IMG/VR virus record: IMGVR_UViG_3300028920_000022
Location: 372,001 to 436,000 of that record
DNA length: 64,000 bases
Direction: 5' to 3' (one strand)
The stretch's first letter is position 1; the number at the start of each line of letters is the position of its first letter. Below are positions 57,163-64,000 of the stretch, piece by piece. A program made the position numbers and the translations under genes. Under the pieces are notes generated by a model. The model saw only the letters and a list, made by a program, of their open reading frames with translations. It had not been told where the DNA came from and made no database searches.

Positions 57163-58212
57163 TTATACCTCAAACAACGGACATGTTCTACAAGAAAACG
57201 AATTGCTTTCCCTGGTTTTTAATAAACTATTACGGAATGCAACCATTCTTTCGTGGTTCCACACATCTTCAATAAATGAATTGCAGGAGACTACGTCCAT
57301 TCCCCGCGCCCACTCTACACAACCCTCGGCAAAAGAGCAAGGAAAAGCTTCACCCTTCCAGTTGATAAATATGGAAAACAATGAACTCTCGCAAGGCTCC
57401 ACATACTCAGCTATCTTGTCAAAATCTTTATGGTTTTTAATTGTGTTCAAGAATTTGAAAGCGGAACAACTATCGAAACCAAGCCCAACATTATTTGAAG
57501 TAGCTTGGTAAACCAAGTAAGCAAACTTGTTTTGTGACAGTTTGTGATAATGTTTCCCTCGCCCCTTTTGCTTTAAAGATAGCATAACAATAGCTTTTAC
57601 AGGATCCAAACGAGAATCTTTTACCTTGTCTCTAATGGTTTCCCGAGTAAGATTAAATGTTTCCTCACTGATCATACAATGAATGTTAATTTGTTGCAAC
57701 CCATGTTTGTGCAATTTTTGAATAGAATCGTAGCAAATATTTTTATTTTCGTAACGGCTGACAGCAACAGCCCCACAAACTTCTGCTAGTTTTGCTGCAG
57801 TTTCGTCTGAAATATCGGCAACGGTGATGTTTGGTATAACCCCATTGTTTCGACAATACCACATCATATCGAAAAGTTCGGGGTTTGATGTGGCATTACT
57901 ATCCGCACCAAAAGCAATTTGCGTTAGTATTCGGTTTTCTGTAATTTTGTCGAAAACTTTTTTAAAGGTATCCAGGGACATGTTGTTGCCAACCGGAGTA
58001 TTAGATTTGTAGCAATGTTTACAAACCTTTCCACCTACACCTTTACATATGGTGGTTACTTCGATGTCAGCAATCTCGGGAGACGGCGACATCTCCGGGT
58101 CTTCTTTTTTAGAGCTGCCCCAACGAATAAAATATCCAGAACCTTTATGGAACCGGTAATTATAATTAGGAGAGCGAACTGTTTTATGGTGTTTGCTTTC
58201 AGTAATTTTCAT
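57163..58212 (-). CDS. Radical SAM protein with SPASM/Twitch domain
   Basis: CKGVGGKVCKHC (CX7CX2C), PNIT, C-terminal PCES...PCSF...CRTCP. Confidence 0.85.
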   Translation of the reverse strand: MKITESKHHKTVRSPNYNYRFHKGSGYFIRWGSSKKEDPEMSPSPEIADIEVTTICKGVGGKVCKHCYKSNTPVGNNMSLDTFKKVFDKITENRILTQIAFGADSNATSNPELFDMMWYCRNNGVIPNITVADISDETAAKLAEVCGAVAVSRYENKNICYDSIQKLHKHGLQQINIHCMISEETFNLTRETIRDKVKDSRLDPVKAIVMLSLKQKGRGKHYHKLSQNKFAYLVYQATSNNVGLGFDSCSAFKFLNTIKNHKDFDKIAEYVEPCESSLFSIFINWKGEAFPCSFAEGCVEWARGMDVVSCNSFIEDVWNHERMVAFRNSLLKTRESNSFSCRTCPLFEV

Positions 58213-61200
58213 CCATTGCGTACCCTTCGGAGATATTGCGCCAAGTTTTCATTAGGTTTCGGCGCGTAATCTCCAAGGTACTCTAGCTTTTCTTCCATGT
58301 CAACACCAATAATTTTTCCAAAATTTTCCAGCTCTTTCTTTGCGTTTCCCCACAAAGCATTCTTATTTTTGAGGAACCAAACCAGCGCTATTTCTTCAAT
58401 ATTTTTACCATTAAATCTGGCATCCGGATTCAGAATATAGGTAGAAAAGAATATTTCCATAGCCTCAGCAAATTCGTTTTCTCGTTCTTGGTAAGCTATA
58501 TTGCGTGCCATTCCTTTTGGAATATTGGCAACCATTTCTTTATATTCTTCTGGCAATTGGTATACATTTTTTGCAATCAGTCGTAAAGCGGTTCCTATAG
58601 GCATCCATTTTGTTTTATCTTGTTCGAAAAGTCCGCTCATTTCTGCTGGGTTAATTTGTCCTATTTCTTTTCCTTGCAGCTGAATTCCCTTAATATTTTT
58701 GATATTAATTGGTCTGTGAACAACGCCCTGATTTTCTCCCAAATCGTTCATTTCGCCTTTTTCGTTATGTCTGGTGTCGTCTGGGTCAATCTCTATCCAA
58801 TTGAGCGGAATTGCCATTTCCAGTACCACTGGATCTCCGCCATCTTCTTTCGCGGTGTGATTAGCATAGAGCCAGGCGCCTGTAAAGCCTTCCAGCTGAC
58901 GGGTGACGTAGATACCTGGGCTTACTGATTCCCAATTAACGTAATTTTCGGCAATAGAGGGGTCCAGGGAGCCATGTTGAACAATAAGTGCCAATTTCTT
59001 AGACGAGGTACCGTGGTAAACAATTACCTTGTGTTTTCCAGCAGCCTCTCTAAATTCGGGATCGTGTAAACTTCGGACTCTACCCAGCTCTAGTGGCAAA
59101 GCCCTCTTAGAAAAAGCCAGGGACTGTTTCAATAAATTATGTCGTATAAATGCCTTTATTGTTGTATCAGTTTCTTTTTTCAACATTTCTTTAAGGTTAT
59201 TATTATCAAGCTTTGTGGCAATTTTAATTCTTTCTTTTTTGTCTTTTTTAGATATTAATTTAACCAAAGGGTCTTTGGTGTCATTGGTATCTTCCTCGTC
59301 TTCATCTTCTCCGCAGCCACATTCTTCACAATGTTCAGTTTCGCATGGGCAATCTTCACAATGACATCCACAGTTTAGACAATCATCGAAGCCACATCCA
59401 CAATTTGGACATTCTTCAGTTTCGCAAGTGCAGTCTTCACAATGGCAGCCACAATTTTCACAGTTATCATAGCCACATCCACAATCTGGACACTGTTCTG
59501 TTTCGCAAGTACAATCTGGACAATGACATCCACAGTTAGGACATGGGTCTAATCCACAACCACACTCTTCACATTGCTCTTCATCGCAATTACAATCCTC
59601 ACAATGACATCCACAATTTTCACAGTTATCAAACCCACATCCACAATTTGGACATTCTTCAGTCTCGCAAGTGCAGTCTTCACAGTCACACTCGCAATGT
59701 GGACAAATGGCTTCAGGTTTTATTCTCATACGAACGGCTCTAAACTTAGCATAAAGCTTGGCATATTCATTGCCTACCATCTTGTCTTTTATGATATTTA
59801 ATACTGAATATTGAGCTTTATGGTTTAGAATTTCATTACCCAGCATTTTACGTAGATATTGGTAATCAATTCTTTTTGCAACAGCTCCGCGAACATCTAC
59901 TGAAGGATCATCCATGAGTAATGTTAAATATTTTTTATCTACTCTTTGGGCCACAGCATAACGCACCAGTTGGGTATCCCATATGGGGCTATCAATGAGA
60001 AGGTGTAAACTTTTCTCTGGCAAGCGTTGAGCCAGCTTTCCTAAAGCATCCAAGTTTTTAATATTTTTTGTCAAGATTTGTGGGAGATATTTTTCCAGCA
60101 GCTCGGGTTTTGTTTTCATAAACAACTGCCCCATTGCCATATATTCAATTGGTCCCAAGTCTTGCCTATTCAATAATTCTTCAAATACATTAGAAGTATC
60201 TTTCATTTTATGTAATGCAGCAGACACTGTGTCTAAATTATCACTTTTGACCATTGCTTCCAAATCTGATTCGTCAGCAACCTGTTGAACAAAAAGCTGT
60301 TGCACTCTAAAATTATTGTCATGCATCATAAAAGACTTAAGTACTTTATGATATTTTTTAGCTATATTTTTGTCGTAAACCAGTTTACTATATGCTGATA
60401 AACGTACATTTTCATCTTCCGATCTCACAAAATGGAAAGCTTCAAGTATTGGTAGGCGATTAATGGCTGCTTGTTGTGCGTTTGGTGTTGTGTTTTTTAA
60501 TAAATCTATATGATCTTGCAGATCCTGGTAGTTCATTGACGTAGCTGCATAATATTGATTTGACGGATCGTCAGAAGACAGATGTTCAACTCGCCTCATA
60601 CGCTCTCGTAACACCTCTAATACTCGTGGGTTTTTTTCCGTCTTCATCATTAAAGATATTTGGTTGTAAGGTATTCGTTGTGCTACGGAATCTCGTACAG
60701 TTTCGGACTGGTCTTTCACCATTAATATCAAACGATCTCTGGGTATTTTTTGTGCTACTATGTTGCGAACACCAACGCTGGGATCTTTCATCATTTCAGG
60801 TAGATATTTTTCATCTATAGTGTTAGCTATTTGAACTCGTATAGGCTCAAATTCATCATGAATAAATTTAGGCAAATATTTTTTATCCACTTGTTTGATG
60901 GCAGCGTATCTTGCGTTATCATTAGTGCTTTCAAGTAGTCTTACCCAAGGAATTTTACTATATATAACCTGTGTTACAGCAAGATCTATATCTCCATTTT
61001 TGCGATCAAGAATTTTGTTTAAATACTCTTCAGAATATTCCTCATAACGATGGTTATCTATATAAGCAACAACCACATCATCATCCGGGTCGTTTTTTAA
61101 TGTTGTTAGTTTTTCTTTCAACTCTTGTGTTTGAGCAGGAACGTTTTGTGCTATCCACATGCGGATTTTAGTGATTGGACTTGTGGATAGCTTTACTAAT

Positions 61201-63392
61201 ATATCTACGGTTTCTTCATTGTATCCATATACATTCGTAAGAGTTTTTAGGGCGTATATCCTGGTATCAACATTCATGTTTTCATCAGTGGATATTTGGT
61301 GTAGCTCTTCTTCTGAAGCATGAGAGAGAGCCTCTCCTTTAATATACAGATAACCTTCTGACAAACTATCATCGTGTAGTATTAATTTTAGAATTTCTGA
61401 ATCTATATCGCTACGCAACGCAATTGCTGCTTTTATTTTATCGGTACCATTTAGATACATTTCTTTAAGGTACTTTGCGTCTATTCTTTTTGCTACAATT
61501 CTTCGAACATCTTCATCTGGATGATCTTTGAAAGGAACCACCTTATCTTCTGGAACATATACCAAAGCCGTTAAAACCACAGAAACGCTTGGGTCATTAA
61601 GCAGTTTTACACATATTTCTGGAGGAGCCACACTTGCCAACTCTGCCCTTACACTTGGGTTTGGATCATTCAACATTCCTGCTAGAACTGCCACATCCCC
61701 GTTAGCAGCCAAAACTTTTACAGCTTCCTTGCGCACACGAGTGCTTTTCATAAATTTAGCTAATTGGTGAGGATATTTTCTTACAACATCACTTAAAAAC
61801 ACTTCAGATGAATAATTTTCTTCGTTAATATTTGTTTTATTATAAAGAGCCTCCATGTACGCTAGTATAGTGTTTTCATTGGCGTTTGCGTTCAAAAACT
61901 CTCTGAAGGGTATCAGGTTATAGGTGCGTGCAGCCGTCCACACTTCTTCCGGTACTGATTGTGATATTATTTTTTTACTTTGTTCTAATAGCGTATTTCT
62001 ATATGATTCATTTATATGTGGATTTTGGGCGGCAGCGATAACTACTGGATAATCTCTAATGTGTCGTTTTAAAACCCTATAAAACAAATCCCCATCATAT
62101 CGCTTGATAAGTTCGGCAAGAACAGATATACTGGAATCATTATACATGGTTTCGATAATGTCCATATCAGCTCGCTGTGCCACCTCTAGGCGTACTTTTT
62201 CCGATGGATCATCTACCAACAACCCCAGATCTCTGGATAAAAGACGTTTTGCTATAAATAACCGTTCAGCTGGAGTGGCTTCTTCTGTAATTAAATGAAT
62301 TAAATGTTCTTTTTTAGTTTTTTTATATTTACCTAAGTCTATAGGTCCAGTGGATTCTGTTAATAATTCTTTTAATTCATTTTCAACTTTATATACGGGT
62401 TTTTTTGTTTTAGGATTAATTCCTTCCCATTTTGGTTTTTCTCTATAAGGGTTTTTGATAATATCGATCACATCTATGGCATTTGTTCCAAAGTAGGCGC
62501 CCTGATAAGGTTCGTTGGTATGTATTGTTCCGGTTCCTGGATCATGTACCCCAGAATAGCCCAAACTGGTAAGAATACGTCTAAACAAAAACTTATTCTC
62601 AATATTCAATCCCAGCTTTCCAACCGAATTATGAACAAACCTTACAATATAAAATAATTGTGACGCAACCGTGGCTACATTTCTAGAACCTTCGCTTTTA
62701 TTATACAACTTGTCAACAATTTTATTTATTTGGTTGGGGACCTTAGAGGTATCATCTCCCAGATATTTTTGTTTTAATTGATGTAATTCGTTTTGAAGTT
62801 TGTATTCTGATTGATTAGCTTTTACTAACTCCAAAGACGCTTGGGACATACCTTCTTTATCGTCTTTTTCTTCAAAACTTCTGTAACGTTCAGCAAAACC
62901 AGCCTTCTCTTCTTGTATTTTTTGTAATCTAATTTCTGCTTCTTCTATTTCTTTCTTTCGTTTTTGTTGAGTGCCTAAAACATAAGGCACAAGTATGTTT
63001 TTTATTTTTTCTACATCTCTTTCTAGATCGCCCTCGTTATACTTGCCAACGTCTAAAACAGTTTCGGGATTTCTGGCTTTAAATATAATAACACCAGGGC
63101 TATCAGCTTTAAAACGAATAATTTTTCTAGTACCATTAATAAAGTCTTCAACGGTTTTTTCTATAATAGGAAAACCATAAATTCCTACAGGAGTATCATA
63201 ATGAGATTGTAGATATAATCCCCAAATGAGTTTTTTATCTTGATTTCGGTTTGCCCAAGGATTTACGGTTTCAGAAAAATGCAAATAATGATAGGGTTTA
63301 ACATAATTCTTGATAATTCCCACCGCAGGAGGAATGTGGATATCCTCTTTTATATGCCTACGTTTCGCTTGTTTATAACTCATTTGTCCCAT
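58209..63392 (-). CDS. 1727-aa polyvalent protein: ART-like N-domain, HEAT/LRV repeats, Cys-rich repeats, C-terminal ART-like domain
   Basis: Repeated DPSxxVRxxVA; five 27-aa Cys repeats; VYHGTS...PGIYVT...YA..VVLE; N-terminal TPVGIY...LGYSGVHD.G.GTIH.NEP.Q. Confidence 0.7.
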   Translation of the reverse strand: MGQMSYKQAKRRHIKEDIHIPPAVGIIKNYVKPYHYLHFSETVNPWANRNQDKKLIWGLYLQSHYDTPVGIYGFPIIEKTVEDFINGTRKIIRFKADSPGVIIFKARNPETVLDVGKYNEGDLERDVEKIKNILVPYVLGTQQKRKKEIEEAEIRLQKIQEEKAGFAERYRSFEEKDDKEGMSQASLELVKANQSEYKLQNELHQLKQKYLGDDTSKVPNQINKIVDKLYNKSEGSRNVATVASQLFYIVRFVHNSVGKLGLNIENKFLFRRILTSLGYSGVHDPGTGTIHTNEPYQGAYFGTNAIDVIDIIKNPYREKPKWEGINPKTKKPVYKVENELKELLTESTGPIDLGKYKKTKKEHLIHLITEEATPAERLFIAKRLLSRDLGLLVDDPSEKVRLEVAQRADMDIIETMYNDSSISVLAELIKRYDGDLFYRVLKRHIRDYPVVIAAAQNPHINESYRNTLLEQSKKIISQSVPEEVWTAARTYNLIPFREFLNANANENTILAYMEALYNKTNINEENYSSEVFLSDVVRKYPHQLAKFMKSTRVRKEAVKVLAANGDVAVLAGMLNDPNPSVRAELASVAPPEICVKLLNDPSVSVVLTALVYVPEDKVVPFKDHPDEDVRRIVAKRIDAKYLKEMYLNGTDKIKAAIALRSDIDSEILKLILHDDSLSEGYLYIKGEALSHASEEELHQISTDENMNVDTRIYALKTLTNVYGYNEETVDILVKLSTSPITKIRMWIAQNVPAQTQELKEKLTTLKNDPDDDVVVAYIDNHRYEEYSEEYLNKILDRKNGDIDLAVTQVIYSKIPWVRLLESTNDNARYAAIKQVDKKYLPKFIHDEFEPIRVQIANTIDEKYLPEMMKDPSVGVRNIVAQKIPRDRLILMVKDQSETVRDSVAQRIPYNQISLMMKTEKNPRVLEVLRERMRRVEHLSSDDPSNQYYAATSMNYQDLQDHIDLLKNTTPNAQQAAINRLPILEAFHFVRSEDENVRLSAYSKLVYDKNIAKKYHKVLKSFMMHDNNFRVQQLFVQQVADESDLEAMVKSDNLDTVSAALHKMKDTSNVFEELLNRQDLGPIEYMAMGQLFMKTKPELLEKYLPQILTKNIKNLDALGKLAQRLPEKSLHLLIDSPIWDTQLVRYAVAQRVDKKYLTLLMDDPSVDVRGAVAKRIDYQYLRKMLGNEILNHKAQYSVLNIIKDKMVGNEYAKLYAKFRAVRMRIKPEAICPHCECDCEDCTCETEECPNCGCGFDNCENCGCHCEDCNCDEEQCEECGCGLDPCPNCGCHCPDCTCETEQCPDCGCGYDNCENCGCHCEDCTCETEECPNCGCGFDDCLNCGCHCEDCPCETEHCEECGCGEDEDEEDTNDTKDPLVKLISKKDKKERIKIATKLDNNNLKEMLKKETDTTIKAFIRHNLLKQSLAFSKRALPLELGRVRSLHDPEFREAAGKHKVIVYHGTSSKKLALIVQHGSLDPSIAENYVNWESVSPGIYVTRQLEGFTGAWLYANHTAKEDGGDPVVLEMAIPLNWIEIDPDDTRHNEKGEMNDLGENQGVVHRPINIKNIKGIQLQGKEIGQINPAEMSGLFEQDKTKWMPIGTALRLIAKNVYQLPEEYKEMVANIPKGMARNIAYQERENEFAEAMEIFFSTYILNPDARFNGKNIEEIALVWFLKNKNALWGNAKKELENFGKIIGVDMEEKLEYLGDYAPKPNENLAQYLRRVRNG
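59310..59705 (-). repeat. Five tandem ~81-bp repeats encoding CxxCxCxCxxCxC....CxxCGCG
   Basis: Seen in both DNA and protein; nine Cys per unit. Confidence 0.9.
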
Positions 63393-64000
63393 AAATCTGG
63401 ATTGAATTCTGTAACCGTGATTTCTCCACCATATCTTCCACGCAACATTTTACCCACATATTTAGCATTCTGAGACGCTTCTTCGATTGTTGGATAGCCC
63501 GTTACACCTGCTAAAACCGGAACACTACCAATCAGTATCTTCTTAGCCGTAGCTCCGGCACGATGCACCTTTTTCTCATATATAACCCCATTATCGGTTA
63601 TATGGATCCTTCGCCGTGGTAATACTCTAGCTGCTACCCAGGCAGGGTAAATATACATCGAGACGCCGTCAGGATGGTTTTTTTTATATAGTGCATACAT
63701 CTTCTGCGCCTTTTCAAAAAGATCCAGAGAAAACTCCATATAGTTTTTGCCTGAAAATAATCTTTCTATTTGTTGGTCTACCGCTTGTTTTGCAGCTTTA
63801 ACCTGAGATAGCTTCATACCCTCCATAGGCTTTAGAGCAAACATCTGTACCCGGTTGTTGTTGTGTCCTTGTTTAATCCCAGAAATAGCCAAAACTGTAT
63901 CCGTATCTCGGTCAATCGTAATTACTACTTGGCTAATCTTACCCAACAGTTTGTGAAATAATTCGTCCGGAATAAACTTAAGAGCACCTAAAAATGGGAT
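63380..64000 (-). CDS. Hypothetical protein, probably 5'-partial
   Basis: Frame stays open to the window edge. Confidence 0.55.
   Translation of the reverse strand: MPFLGALKFIPDELFHKLLGKISQVVITIDRDTDTVLAISGIKQGHNNNRVQMFALKPMEGMKLSQVKAAKQAVDQQIERLFSGKNYMEFSLDLFEKAQKMYALYKKNHPDGVSMYIYPAWVAARVLPRRRIHITDNGVIYEKKVHRAGATAKKILIGSVPVLAGVTGYPTIEEASQNAKYVGKMLRGRYGGEITVTEFNPDLWDK

Noticed and set aside
60782-60796. 15-nt identity (GATCTTTCATCATTT) between small RNA 3 and the antisense of the giant gene
   Set aside because: A single AT-rich match covering mainly the constant motif; plausible by chance.
143-63473. Numerous short opposite-strand or nested ORFs in the track (for example 1657-2283, 31516-32001, 48965-49423)
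   Set aside because: They are shadows of longer motif-bearing genes and have no RBS or motif support.
1-64000. Stop-codon reassignment (code 15 or 4), suggested by the phage release factor
   Set aside because: Known genes are full length in code 11, TAA/TAG/TGA all end genes, and coding density is high.

Overview
A 64-kb segment of a large (jumbo/huge) bacteriophage genome using the standard genetic code. It is AT-rich except for a GC-rich first ~2 kb. Genes run almost entirely on + from 1 to 40672 and on - from 40669 to the end. No capsid, terminase or polymerase gene lies in the window; it is an accessory and host-takeover region. It carries translation factors (IF-1, a class I release factor expressed through a prfB-type +1 frameshift, tRNAs), nucleotide and cofactor enzymes (IMPDH/GMPR, PncB, NadE-like, DeoC, CysC), ADP-ribosylation enzymes (two WGR-PARPs, an ADP-ribosylglycohydrolase, a macro-like protein, ART-like domains in a 1727-aa protein), peptidoglycan hydrolases, homing-type endonucleases and a TnpB-only IS200/IS605 element. 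Best candidates for undescribed systems: (1) a Ro60/TROVE gene plus an unannotated array of three ~60-nt Y-RNA-like hairpins with a bulged-C Ro-binding helix and covarying stems, interleaved with tRNA-like elements and preceded by nearly the same promoter as the Ro60 gene; (2) about 21 small proteins, 13 in tandem, sharing a C-terminal 'C-x-x-h-I-I-K-x-I-I-x' tail; (3) four tandem 'MKIRxxFVSNSSSSS' proteins downstream of an atypical radical SAM/SPASM enzyme; (4) the frameshift-gated release factor. All product calls come from motif recognition by eye; no database searches were run.
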